From positions 608,001 through 672,000 of the forward strand of contig OY829846.1 in the NCBI GenBank assembly GCA_963691875.1: 64,000 nucleotides of DNA. The letters are read 5' to 3'. The number at the start of each line of letters is the position of its first letter. Within the stretch, counting starts at the first letter, position 1. This document shows, one piece after another, positions 1 through 9,874 of the stretch. Made by a program: the position numbers and the translations under genes. The DNA comes from Aureliella sp. (GTDB lineage: Bacteria > Planctomycetota > Planctomycetia > Pirellulales > Pirellulaceae). The notes beneath the pieces were generated by a model. That model was not told the origin of the DNA. It did not search any database and saw only the letters and a program-made list of their open reading frames with translations.

Positions 1-369
1 GACAAAGAAGTTCGCGAGGAACTATTTCAGTTCATCGAAGAGAAAGGCATTGGCGGGGTTTTGCTAGTAAGCGGCGATCGGCATGGTGCGCGAGGATTTC
101 GAATCCCGCGTAAATTTGGCTTTAACTTTTACGAGTTCGAGCCTGCGACGCTCGGTGGAGTGTCAGGCCCGCCCGGCGTCATCAAGAATTGCAACGAACA
201 GCTCTTCGGTTACCACGGCACGGATCCGCAAGGTGATGACTTCATCGCCTTTGGCGAGTTCACATTTGTGTTTGAACCCCAGCCTGCCGTCACCTTCCGT
301 TTGATTCGCGAGACCGGTGAGATTCTGGAAGAACATCTTTTGAGCCTTGAGCAAATCACGCCCGGCTAA
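1..369 (+). CDS. C-terminal part of an alkaline phosphatase D (PhoD)-family protein, truncated by the window edge
   Basis: Frame 1 is open from base 1 (DKEVREELFQFIEEKGIGGVLLVSGDRH). The SGDRH motif is typical of PhoD-like metallophosphatases. Confidence 0.65.
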   Translation, partial: DKEVREELFQFIEEKGIGGVLLVSGDRHGARGFRIPRKFGFNFYEFEPATLGGVSGPPGVIKNCNEQLFGYHGTDPQGDDFIAFGEFTFVFEPQPAVTFRLIRETGEILEEHLLSLEQITPG

Positions 370-900
370 CATGCCCCTTGATGACACGACTTGAGAGCTT
401 GGATGCGTAGTGTGTTCACTCGCTGAAGCTTTTTGAAGTTGCGCATTTTTCTGCCCAAGGATCTGCCGGATCGGACTTCGGATGACGCCCTCTTCCAAAC
501 GAAGAGTTGTACGATCGACCAACAAAGGGCCTGTACCTCAGATGCGAAGTGTTGTGCACAAAGGCCATTCATTTACTTGGCTAGCAGCCATCGCAGAACG
601 GAGATTGCCAGTTTTGCGAAATATTCCAATGTCCCAAGAGGCAGAAACTGAAGGCGGGGCTAAGAATTCTTCGTGCACGAATCCGCGATGAGATGTCAGC
701 AGGAAAGCGATCGCGTCCACTTAGAATGCAGACCACTGCATTAAGTTGGGTTGCCATCTCGATTGCGACGATGCCGCCAAATGAAGCACTTCCGACGATG
801 CAGCGGCATCGTGGATTGATATCCTTTGCAAGCCGGGCACAATAAGCAGCGAAGCACTTATCTACCACTGGGGCTTGACAAGGCAACACGATCGAACTCG
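366..900 (-). pseudogene. Decayed alpha/beta hydrolase (boundaries approximate)
   Basis: The fragment AAYCARLAKDINPRCRCIVGSASFGGIVAIEMA carries a damaged G-x-S-x-G elbow. Downstream pieces (LCWSIVQLFVWK) lie in other frames and there is no intact ORF. Confidence 0.5.
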
Positions 901-1285
901 AGACGAGAATCTGTTGTGGCAAGAGAATGGATCGTTTGGATCTATTGCTGAGAAGAAAACCAATAAAACTCGCCCTTCGGTGGCGTTCCAAGATTGTTGT
1001 ACCTCGCTTTCCCAGATCAAAAACTAACGGATTCTTATGCCAAGGGCTCGATAAAGACTGTTGACATCCAGATTGGCGGAGGACATAGGCACTGCAGTGG
1101 AGTAAAATCAGCCGCCTGAAGATCACTTCCGAAATCGTCTTCTCCGAGTGCCATTCACGATCTCGTTTCTGTTGCGGGAATCGCGAAGGCGGACAACACG
1201 ATAACCAGCAAGAGCGGCGGCCAAACCTCATTGGGTCATAATCAAGCAACGATCAAAACTTAGCAAGCATTGTCGGAGTCAGACG

Positions 1286-2443
1286 ATGAAAACTTCGAAT
1301 CTTTCAGGCCCAACTTTGAATCTAGGTATGAGCTTTGCTCTCGTACTAGCTTTGGTTGCTTTGCAGCTTGCTCCAAGCAGCTTGGCAAAAGACTGGTCCA
1401 TGGGCCGCGCTGACGCTACGGGTGCAGCGGCAACTGCTGATGCCCTGCCTGACAAAATCGACTTGCTTTGGGAATTAGAAATTGAGGGATTGGGTTTCGA
1501 TGCTGGCCCGATCATCGCTGATGGAAAGGTCTTCGCCAACGATCATGACGGTCGACTACTGGCCATCGACTTAGCGACTGGCGAAGAGGTATGGCGAAAA
1601 GAGTACGAAGCGGGCTTCGTAGCGACGCCGAGCTACAAAGACGGACTCCTCTTTGCAGCAGACTATGAAGGCGTACTTCATGCAATCGAAGTTGAGACGG
1701 CTGAGGAGAAATGGAGCTTTGAGTCCGGGGCCGAAGTGACGGGGAGCCCAGTCTTCTACGAAGAGTCTGTGGTGTTCACTTCGCAAAGTGGTTCTCTGTT
1801 TCGTCTTGATCGCAAGTCGGGTAAAGAAGTCTGGCGATATGAAACAGACGAGCCAATTCTTTGCGGGGCTTCGCTGGCAGGCGACATTACTTTTCTAGGC
1901 GGTTGTGACGAACAATTGCACGTGGTCGACCTGAAGACTGGTAAGCGAATTGGCGAACCAATCACGATAGGCCCAACTCAAAGCACCCCTTGTGCCGTTG
2001 CTGATGGCGTTCTAATTCCAACGCAAGGCGGTGAGATCTATCATTTCGCCGTCGGTAAGGAAGGTCACAACCTCGAGAAGCGATGGACCTTCAATGATCG
2101 AAAAATGGCGAGCGAGTTCCGAAGTTCGCTGGCTGTTGCTGATGGCATTGTCATTGCGACTGGGAGCAGCAAAAGAGTGTTTGCAGTCGATTTGAAGACA
2201 GGAGAGGTGTTGTGGCACAACATTCTGCGGCGTCGAGCATCGGCCTCGCCGATTATTGTTGCTGGCACTGCCATAGCGGCTACGACCGATGGTAATATTT
2301 ATCAATATGACCTGAAATCCGGGAAAGAACTGTGGCAGACACAATTGAAGGGCTCGTTTCTTGGAGCGCCTGCCGCTGCTGATGGTAAACTGGTGTTGCT
2401 GAATGATCGCGGAACGATCTTCTGTTTTGGCGAGAAGAGTTAG
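1286..2443 (+). CDS. Secreted PQQ-like (BamB-like) beta-propeller repeat protein
   Basis: N-terminal signal peptide. Repeated A(I/V)DxxTGxxxW blade motifs. Confidence 0.85.
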   Translation: MKTSNLSGPTLNLGMSFALVLALVALQLAPSSLAKDWSMGRADATGAAATADALPDKIDLLWELEIEGLGFDAGPIIADGKVFANDHDGRLLAIDLATGEEVWRKEYEAGFVATPSYKDGLLFAADYEGVLHAIEVETAEEKWSFESGAEVTGSPVFYEESVVFTSQSGSLFRLDRKSGKEVWRYETDEPILCGASLAGDITFLGGCDEQLHVVDLKTGKRIGEPITIGPTQSTPCAVADGVLIPTQGGEIYHFAVGKEGHNLEKRWTFNDRKMASEFRSSLAVADGIVIATGSSKRVFAVDLKTGEVLWHNILRRRASASPIIVAGTAIAATTDGNIYQYDLKSGKELWQTQLKGSFLGAPAAADGKLVLLNDRGTIFCFGEKS

Positions 2444-2507
2444 CCTGCTTTCGACTTTTCATCCTGCTGCATCGATCAAATTAGATTTACGAGCCATTTG
2501 AATAAGC

Positions 2508-3812
2508 ATGTCAACAGAGGCAACGAAGACTGACGTTGGAAGTTATTTCATCTCCAATTATCCGCCTTTCTCTCAGTGGAGGAAGGACAGTCTTGATGAA
2601 GTCGAACAAGCTTTAGCCAAGCCGCCGCGTGAAGTGCCGCTAGGACTATACCTGCACATTCCATTCTGCCGCAAACGCTGCAAGTTCTGTTACTTCAAAG
2701 TTTTCACCGGAAAGAATGCAAGCGAAATTGAAACCTATGTTTCGGCGTTGTGCAAAGAGATTGAGTTGGTTAGCCAGCAGCCTGTGATGGGCGAACGACC
2801 GTTTCGCTTCGTCTATTTCGGCGGTGGCACCCCGAGCTTCCTTGCACCCAAACAGCTAGATCGTCTGGTAGAACGGCTGCGTGCGAACATTAGTTGGGAC
2901 AAAGCCGAGGAAGTCACCTTTGAATGCGAGCCAGGCACTCTGAGCGAAGCGAAAGTCAAGAAACTTAAGGAGCTTGGCGTCACGCGATTGAGTCTTGGTA
3001 TTGAGAACTTCAACGACAAATTGCTCGAAGAGAACGGTCGAGCTCACTTATCCAAGGAGGTTTACCGGGCATGGGAATGGATCGCCGAGGCTGACTTCCC
3101 AAACGTGAACATTGACCTGATCTCGGGAATGGTTGGCGAGACGTGGGACAATTGGAAGTACAACGTTCAAAAGACGCTCGAATTGTCTCCTGAAAGCGTG
3201 ACCATCTATCAGATGGAGTTGCCTTTTAACACTGTGTATTCAGAGGGCATTTTGAAGGATTCTCAGGAGTCGCCAGTCGCCGACTGGCCAACAAAGCGAG
3301 CCTGGGTTCAATACGCTTTCGATGCATTTGCTGACGCGGGGTATGCTCAAAGCTCGGCATACACGATGATCAAGGATCCGTCCAAAGTCAGCTTTAGCTA
3401 TCGTGACAACCTGTGGAAAGGCTCCGATCTCCTCGCAACGGGAATTGCTTCTTTCGGTCACGTTTCCGGCGTTCACTATCAGAATCTGCCTGAGTGGAAT
3501 CAATACATCGGTTCACTGGAAGAAGGTAAGCTGCCTCTTGGACGTGCCTTCACACCTACCAAACAACAAGCTTTGATTCGCGAGCTCATTCTTTTACTCA
3601 AACGCGGCTACCTCGAGCTCGATTACTTCCAGGAAAAATTCAGCGTCGATGTTTGGCAGCAATACGACGAAGTGTGGAATGGCTACATCGAAGAAGGCTT
3701 CTTGAAACACGAAGGTAATCGAATCGAGTTGAGTCAAGAAGGCCTGCTCCGCGTAGACGGCCTATTGCCTGCCTTTTTCGAACCAGAACACCAGGGAGTT
3801 CGTTATACGTGA
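2508..3812 (+). CDS. HemN/HemW-like (class C) radical SAM protein
   Basis: YLHIPFCRKRCKFC (CxxxCxxC) and YFGGGTPS motifs, and a HemN-type C-terminal domain. It lacks the HemN RNFQGY and HemW HNxxYW signatures. Confidence 0.85.
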   Translation: MSTEATKTDVGSYFISNYPPFSQWRKDSLDEVEQALAKPPREVPLGLYLHIPFCRKRCKFCYFKVFTGKNASEIETYVSALCKEIELVSQQPVMGERPFRFVYFGGGTPSFLAPKQLDRLVERLRANISWDKAEEVTFECEPGTLSEAKVKKLKELGVTRLSLGIENFNDKLLEENGRAHLSKEVYRAWEWIAEADFPNVNIDLISGMVGETWDNWKYNVQKTLELSPESVTIYQMELPFNTVYSEGILKDSQESPVADWPTKRAWVQYAFDAFADAGYAQSSAYTMIKDPSKVSFSYRDNLWKGSDLLATGIASFGHVSGVHYQNLPEWNQYIGSLEEGKLPLGRAFTPTKQQALIRELILLLKRGYLELDYFQEKFSVDVWQQYDEVWNGYIEEGFLKHEGNRIELSQEGLLRVDGLLPAFFEPEHQGVRYT

Positions 3813-4264
3813 GCGAACCCCTTATATTCATGATGGGCGAGTACGAAGCGCATTTCCCAACGGATCGACTCTATGCGAAGAACCACATGTGGGCGCGGCC
3901 TTACGACGAAGCATTCCGCTTCGGGCTGAGTGCTTACGCCGTTCGTTTGCTTCAAGACGTGTACTTTTTAGATGTTGGTATCGAGCCTGGCATGAGTCTT
4001 AGCCTGAAGCAAGAGATTGGTTCGATCGAGAGCAAGAAGGCGGAAAGTAGTCTGTATAGTCCAACCGCAGGGCAAGTTTCGCAGTTAAATGAGATGCTTT
4101 TAGAGGATCCGACACCGATTAACTTGGATAAGTATGGTGATGGCTGGATCTTCGAACTCGAATGCGGCCGTGAAGATCTGATTGATGCTGAGCAGTATTT
4201 GGAGCATCTTGAATCTGCATGGGAAGTCGCCCAACGCACAATTAAAGGACAAGCCAATGCCTGA
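3809..4264 (+). CDS. Glycine cleavage H-like (lipoyl carrier) protein
   Basis: YAKNHMWA, GSIESKKAESSLYSP (Lys at the lipoyl position) and PINLDKYGDGWIF motifs. GTGA overlap with the upstream stop. Confidence 0.85.
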   Translation: MSEPLIFMMGEYEAHFPTDRLYAKNHMWARPYDEAFRFGLSAYAVRLLQDVYFLDVGIEPGMSLSLKQEIGSIESKKAESSLYSPTAGQVSQLNEMLLEDPTPINLDKYGDGWIFELECGREDLIDAEQYLEHLESAWEVAQRTIKGQANA

Positions 4265-5363
4265 GCAAAATCAACGAGCTTCAGACTCTGTTGCTGAAAT
4301 GGTCGTTGTCATTTCGATAGGGCAAAGCCGTAACCCGCAGAAACGAGAACTCGAGAACTCAATCGCCGAGTCTGCGGCACAGTTGCCAGGTGTCAGGGTC
4401 CTTAAGATTCCGCACTTGTACGATTTGACTCCCAAAGGGGAATCCTTTCAGTTATTGCAAAATATCGAGTCAGATCTCGTAGTGGTCAGTTGGCTGTACG
4501 ATCGGGCCGCACACTGGGTCTTGGACCGCAATGACATTCGTGGACAAGTTGGCGAAGTAGAACTTCAGCTTGAAAATGATGAAGAAGACGAGTCGGAAGC
4601 CGAAGATGAACTCGCGGAAGACCGAGTGATTCTTGCTCAGCCGCGCCCCAATCGGACGATCTACTGCTTGAACTTTCGGGCGAGCACCGATTCGAAGGAT
4701 TTCACTGCTGAGATCCAACGAATCCTTGGGAAGAATGAGGTCGAACGGACGCCTCTGACACTCGAGATGTTACAGCGTTTCGAAGAACCTACTAATGACA
4801 CCTACGTTGGTGCATCAGAGGATGCAACTCTTTCGGCATCTCCAGCAGTTGCTTCGCTGTTTGGCTCGCAAAGTGTGACCTCGGTTGATGAACATCCGGG
4901 CCGTCGCTGGTACCCAGTCATTGACTTCAGTCGCTGCACAAACTGCATGGAGTGCATCGATTTTTGTCTATTCGGCGTGTATGGTGTCGACGCCAAGGAA
5001 ACCATCTTAGTTGAGCAAGCAGACAATTGCCGCAAGGGCTGCCCTGCTTGCAGTAGAGTCTGCCCACAAAACGCCATTATCTTTCCGCAACACAAGACGC
5101 CAGCAATCGCTGGCGCACCTGTTGACACTGGTGGCTTGAAAATTGATCTTTCAAAGCTCTTTGGGGCGCCCGAGACAGAAGAAGATGCAGCGGAAGTTGC
5201 CGCCCGAGAGCGTGATGAACAGCTAATCTTGGCTGGACGCGAGGCGGTTGGCAATGGAAACCTGGTTGAGAAACGTCTTTCAGAACGCGCTCAAGATCAA
5301 CCGCAATCCAAAAACGACGACCTCGACGGACTGCTTGATCAATTAGACGCCCTCGATCTGTAG
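4257..5363 (+). CDS. Ferredoxin-domain protein (2x[4Fe-4S]) with an uncharacterised N-terminal domain
   Basis: CTNCMECIDFC and CRKGCPACSRVCP motifs. The ATG at 4257 overlaps the end of the GcvH-like gene. Confidence 0.8.
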   Translation: MPEQNQRASDSVAEMVVVISIGQSRNPQKRELENSIAESAAQLPGVRVLKIPHLYDLTPKGESFQLLQNIESDLVVVSWLYDRAAHWVLDRNDIRGQVGEVELQLENDEEDESEAEDELAEDRVILAQPRPNRTIYCLNFRASTDSKDFTAEIQRILGKNEVERTPLTLEMLQRFEEPTNDTYVGASEDATLSASPAVASLFGSQSVTSVDEHPGRRWYPVIDFSRCTNCMECIDFCLFGVYGVDAKETILVEQADNCRKGCPACSRVCPQNAIIFPQHKTPAIAGAPVDTGGLKIDLSKLFGAPETEEDAAEVAARERDEQLILAGREAVGNGNLVEKRLSERAQDQPQSKNDDLDGLLDQLDALDL

Positions 5364-6443
5364 TAAGACAGCTCATTTTGTAGCGGTCTCTTCCGGCTCC
5401 TCTCATTTGCGGATGAAATCGATCACGACAATTCTGCTTAGCAACGCGCTCTTGCCATACGTTCAAATTATCCCGCTACGGATTCGTCATGGGGCGTGGA
5501 AGGTATTGTTATGTCAACCGAAGGAATAGCCTGAAGAATGCCATCGCTTGCACATTCTTTTAAGCATTATTAGGTGCGGGTTAGGGCCTCAGGGTTGCAT
5601 CCTACTTTTCCCTGTAGCCCCATTCACGGCGTCTGCCTGCGTTCCGGCTGCACGGAATGGGTGAAGCGAACTGGAAGGCACTTGTGGTGTCATGGCAAAA
5701 TTGATGCACAACTAGTGCACTCGCTTGCTTTCTACAGAATGGAAAGGAACGGACGCTTTTTTATTTCACTATGAAACTGCCGGTCGATATCAATTTATCA
5801 AGTCATAGCACCGATACCTCGATTGCAAATCGTGTCGATCTCTCTGATCGAAATCAGCTCGAAACGATTGTGGACAGATTCACAAAAGCTCGATTGTCAG
5901 CGGAATCTTCAACTAAGCATTAACATCTAAGCAATGTTCTGATTTCGCGCAATCAATTTGATTTCAAAGTTAGCTCACTCAACAGGCAAACGGAATTCTC
6001 AGCCGCACCAGGTCCGACTCGAAAGAAGCCGTTTTGATTATCGGCACAGAAATTTCGGTGTTCTAAAAAATCGCAAAACGAGCGAACTAGTCGATCGACT
6101 CTTCGCTCCAGATTGACGTGTACACAGGATATGCTGCTGAAAGCATGCGCGCCGCGGGCCAGTTGCCTATTACCGATGTACCCAGCAAGCAACAGGTGAA
6201 TATGTGCAGTTTTCTGCCACAAGTGATAGCTTAATTCGATCGCTAAATTGAATTAGCGGGACTTTCAAAATCAAGCTTTGCGGATGTGCAAAATTGCGTA
6301 AAACAAATGGGCGGATTGTGCGCTGCGCTCAGATCCTCGCAGTCAATGTCCAAATCAAGCCGGCCCGACTAGGCGAAAAGCGCCGTGTATCCAGCGTTCT
6401 CGGCATCAAAACAAAGGCCTTCTAATCGCAGGTGGAAGAGGCC

Positions 6444-6782
6444 ATGGAATCGATCCAAACTTCTGTTGGCTAGATCATTAGCCTTATGAGCGACTTTGAG
6501 TCGGAAGCACCGGAGAGTAGCAGTCGGCTGCGAGAAGACGTTACGCAATTCTAAAATTCTCTTGCTCAGATGGAATCGCGTTCCAATAAGCTCAAGACGT
6601 CGATGGTGAGCACTTTTGAAATGGTCAACAGCAGCAAAGGGATTATCGAGAGATCACAAAACGCGCTATCTGCACTTCGGTTTTTCGCGCCGATGTTAAC
6701 GAATTTGCTGCATCTTGAGGATGATCTTAGGCAGTTGGACGCCAGCATTCAGACAGGGCAATGCGAGGTGGTTGATGCTTGA
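6444..6782 (+). pseudogene. Helical hypothetical protein with two in-frame stops
   Basis: GGAAGAGG precedes the ATG at 6444. The frame continues through TAG 6471 and TAA 6552 into ORF 6570-6782. Confidence 0.45.
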
Positions 6783-6841
6783 CAGGAAGAATAGGAACAA
6801 TTGGCCGCGGTCGGACCTGTCTCGGGCGACGAGGAAATGTA

Positions 6842-7717
6842 CTAGTTACTCCCTTCAGGAGCATCCTCGCGAGTTGGTGTCAAACGCAACAGCATGGCTG
6901 GTACAAAAACCTCTGGCAGATCGTCCAATACTCGATCGTCCAATAGATCCAAATTCCAGCCGTTCGCAGGTGCTTGTTCGGCTATCCTGCGAATCGCCGT
7001 TTTGCCCCCATACGCCAACAAAAGCTGCCCATCGGGTTGCAGATAGTTTGCAGCTTCCGTGAGGAAGCTATCTAGCAGCTCAAACCCTGGATCGTATAGT
7101 GCGTAAGCAGCAACCTCGCTGACCGGTTGATCTTCCCATGGAGGATTCGAGATGATCAGATCGAAGTGTTCGTGCGCCTCAATAACACTAAAGGCTGAAA
7201 GGTCCTCTTGCGAGACAAGCCTACAATCTAGGTTCTCGTCGATATCGAGCCATTCTGCGTTGTACTCTGCATTTGCAATAGCTGCTGGATTGACATCTGT
7301 CGCTACTACGACGGCGGCCCCTTTTTGAAGACAGTCGATTGAGATTAGGCCCGTTCCGCACCCCACTTCCAATACCGCCTTACCATTGACTGGAATACTG
7401 TTGTCGAGAAAAGCCCTCAACGTTCCGCTGTCGTCCGGTTCCCAAAATACGGTTTCGAACTGCGCGAGCTTTTCAGGAATTCCAGGGACGAAATGCCACT
7501 GCTTGATTGTGACAGTTTCCATTGATGCCTCAGACGCTAAGGAAGAGGATTCCAGAGATGTTTCGTCAAACGATCGAGATCGACGCCTCTCGGTTTTCCA
7601 TTGCGCAATTGGAACCAGAGATGCAACCGCAACGCCAAACAATACAACGAGCAGCCAGTAGCTTGCACGTGAAAGATGGCTATGATTCGGACTGCCGTTT
7701 CCACTCAATATCTTCAC
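6842..7717 (-). CDS. Class I SAM-dependent methyltransferase (HemK/PrmC-like NPPW motif) with an N-terminal transmembrane helix
   Basis: VLEVGCGTG and LIISNPPW motifs. Hydrophobic stretch YWLLVVLFGVAVASLVPIA. Confidence 0.8.
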   Translation of the reverse strand: MKILSGNGSPNHSHLSRASYWLLVVLFGVAVASLVPIAQWKTERRRSRSFDETSLESSSLASEASMETVTIKQWHFVPGIPEKLAQFETVFWEPDDSGTLRAFLDNSIPVNGKAVLEVGCGTGLISIDCLQKGAAVVVATDVNPAAIANAEYNAEWLDIDENLDCRLVSQEDLSAFSVIEAHEHFDLIISNPPWEDQPVSEVAAYALYDPGFELLDSFLTEAANYLQPDGQLLLAYGGKTAIRRIAEQAPANGWNLDLLDDRVLDDLPEVFVPAMLLRLTPTREDAPEGSN

Positions 7718-7832
7718 CTTGCATCCGGAATGCTCTGCTCGATTAACGAGCGAATAACTCTGGTGAGGGTCAACGTTGCCCTAGTTCAGCACGATGCCAA
7801 CTCACCGGGCTCGCTTGACCAATTTGAAATTC

Positions 7833-8765
7833 TCATTGCAACTTCCAATCGAGCCCTAAATCGAGATTGACGGCCGAGTGAGTCAAGGCACCTAAACTGA
7901 TTCGCTCAACACCCGTATCCGCTTTGGCACGCAGCGTTTCTTGAGTGATTCCGCCCGATGCCTCAAGCTGAACCCCCGGGCTCTTGGAGTCCCGCATGGC
8001 AACAGCTTCGCGAAGAGTCTGAACGCTCATATTGTCGAGAAGCACGATATCTGGCTGGGCGTCCAGAGCTTCTTTAAGCTGCTCTAAGGTATCGACTTCA
8101 ATTTCTATAATGGTATCCGGCTTCGTATCGTGTGAGTTTTCGCAAAACTCTCTCAGTTTTCTCACAACCTCAATTGGGCTCAAAAGTTTGCCTGTTCGGT
8201 GAGCGTCGCAGGCAAGGTGATTGTCTTTGACCATGATAGCCTCGTAGAGACCGCTTCGGTGGTTCATTGCTCCGCCGCAGCGCGTTGCGTATTTTTCAAG
8301 CCGTCTCCAGCCTGGGGTTGTCTTACGTGTGTCGTACAGTTTGGTCTCCAGATCCTCGATCAACGAAACATGCGCTTGAGTCCATGTTGCAATGCCACAA
8401 AGCCGACCGAGAAGATTTAGCAGGATACGTTCACAGGTCAGGATGTCTCGTCCGCTGCCCCGCAAGATAGCTAGAACTTGCTTTGGAGAGAAAGCTTTTC
8501 CATCAAAGATTCTAAGCTCGCAACTCAAACTGACATCTAACGCTTCTATCATCCAAGGTAGAAGGTCGACACCGGCTGCGATACCTGTGGATCTAGTGCA
8601 AATCTCTGCCGAAGCCTTCAATTCAGCTGGAACCATCGCGACAGTGGTCAAGTCGAAGCTGCGGTCCAAGTCCTCACGCACCGCTAGCCGGATGAGCTCG
8701 AACAGATCATCCTTGAGTCGACGATCCTTTCCTTGCTGGACAAAATCCTGGCCCGGCTTGAGCAT
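7833..8765 (-). CDS. nadC: Nicotinate-nucleotide diphosphorylase (quinolinate phosphoribosyltransferase)
   Basis: DTRKTTPG, HRSGLYEAIMVKDNH, EIEVD, LLDNM and EASGGI motifs. Start placed at ATG 8765. Confidence 0.95.
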   Translation of the reverse strand: MLKPGQDFVQQGKDRRLKDDLFELIRLAVREDLDRSFDLTTVAMVPAELKASAEICTRSTGIAAGVDLLPWMIEALDVSLSCELRIFDGKAFSPKQVLAILRGSGRDILTCERILLNLLGRLCGIATWTQAHVSLIEDLETKLYDTRKTTPGWRRLEKYATRCGGAMNHRSGLYEAIMVKDNHLACDAHRTGKLLSPIEVVRKLREFCENSHDTKPDTIIEIEVDTLEQLKEALDAQPDIVLLDNMSVQTLREAVAMRDSKSPGVQLEASGGITQETLRAKADTGVERISLGALTHSAVNLDLGLDWKLQ

Positions 8766-9119
8766 TATCTGAATTTCTGTGGTTGGAGTTGGGAAAATGA
8801 AGCCAGCTTTGCCCGCTGGCCCCAAACGGGTGGGAGCAGTGAATCCAATCAAATTCTAGGGTAGAGCACGTTCTTACGCTTGCCGAGTGCAAATAGTGGA
8901 CACTTGCCGCGCGCGGGTGTAAGATTATTGCAGTTGCGAAAGGAGCAGAGCAGAACTTTTTTATTATTCCGCAACAGCAAATCTTGGCCTCTTCTCTGTT
9001 CCGGCCCCGTTGAATGTCTTCGGATACTCAACGGGGTTTTTTCGTGCGCGGTGAACATCAACAGGAGGATCAGACGGGTACACTGATCCGATCGCCTGTA
9101 CCGGACGATTCCGGGAAGG

Positions 9120-9521
9120 ATGATCGCTGTGGAAGAGCTGAAGACGCAGTCTCAGAATTTGCTCGAGTTGTTTTATAAGAGTTTGGGTTCATTCTATTAG
9201 ATAGCTCTTTCACTTGCGGCTATCGGTAGTTTGCTCGCTTTGGTTGTGTTACTGCGATACGGAGACGTCCGCTAGACCGGAACTGCAATAATCTTGTTGT
9301 TAATGCTGCCGACTTTGACGCAACGGTTCCAGATCTCTTCAACACGTAGGGAATGATCGATTGTCGCTGGAGCTTCCGTGAGGGAGGAGGAACGCGTCAT
9401 GGGCTTTTCAACTGCCATTAGATCTATCACCGTCAGCTTCCCGCTCGCGAGTTCGACGTACATCATTGCCACAACCGGCTCTTTTGTCCGCTCCATCTCT
9501 GCGAGCCCCGTATCGAAATAG
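9120..9521 (+). pseudogene. Decayed small membrane protein
   Basis: ATG 9120 follows GGGAAGG. A hydrophobic reading (IALSLAAIGSLLALVVLL..TAIILLLMLP) is broken by TAG 9198, TAG 9273 and a later disruption, and a hydrophobic tail ends at TAG 9521. Confidence 0.4.
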
Positions 9522-9537
9522 ACATTCAGAAAGAATC

Positions 9538-9713
9538 ATGCGCAACATTCCTAAGCTCACTCTTATCTTGCTGTTTGCCGTCTTCGGCAAGGCCTTGGCC
9601 GATCATTCTGAGCTTTCGGTCAAGTTGGATACCGAAGAGGTTCCGCATCTGACGAATTGGGGGGGAGGAAGCGCAACGTGTCGCGAAACGCTGGTATCCT
9701 CGGATTCATAATC
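9538..9713 (+). pseudogene. 5' part of a BSP-family secreted peptidase, interrupted by the integrative element
   Basis: Signal peptide MRNIPKLTLILLFAVFGKALA. Removing one G from the G7 run at 9659-9665 gives WGEEAQRVAKRWYPRIHN, which joins in frame to RIHNLLLTKEY at 18718. Confidence 0.8.
9701..9713 (+). repeat. att core, left copy: CGGATTCATAATC
   Basis: Identical to 18718-18730. Confidence 0.9.
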
Positions 9714-9874
9714 AGGTGGCAACGTCACACCGAAAAGCCTTTCTGTAGTTAGTGAAATTGGCTTTTGCCTTGTTTTTGCCTTTAATACGCTTGTGTCAGT
9801 GATTGCCACAGGTTGACATAGCTAGTCTCCAATTGCATGCTGTTTGGCACACTGACGGCACACAGGAGAAAGCG

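Noticed and set aside
2508..3812. Assigning hemN or hemW
   Set aside because: The diagnostic RNFQGY and HNxxYW motifs are absent, and the gene context is unrelated to heme synthesis.
5364..6440. Riboswitch or small gene in the 1.1-kb gap
   Set aside because: I recognised no riboswitch consensus or credible ORF by eye.
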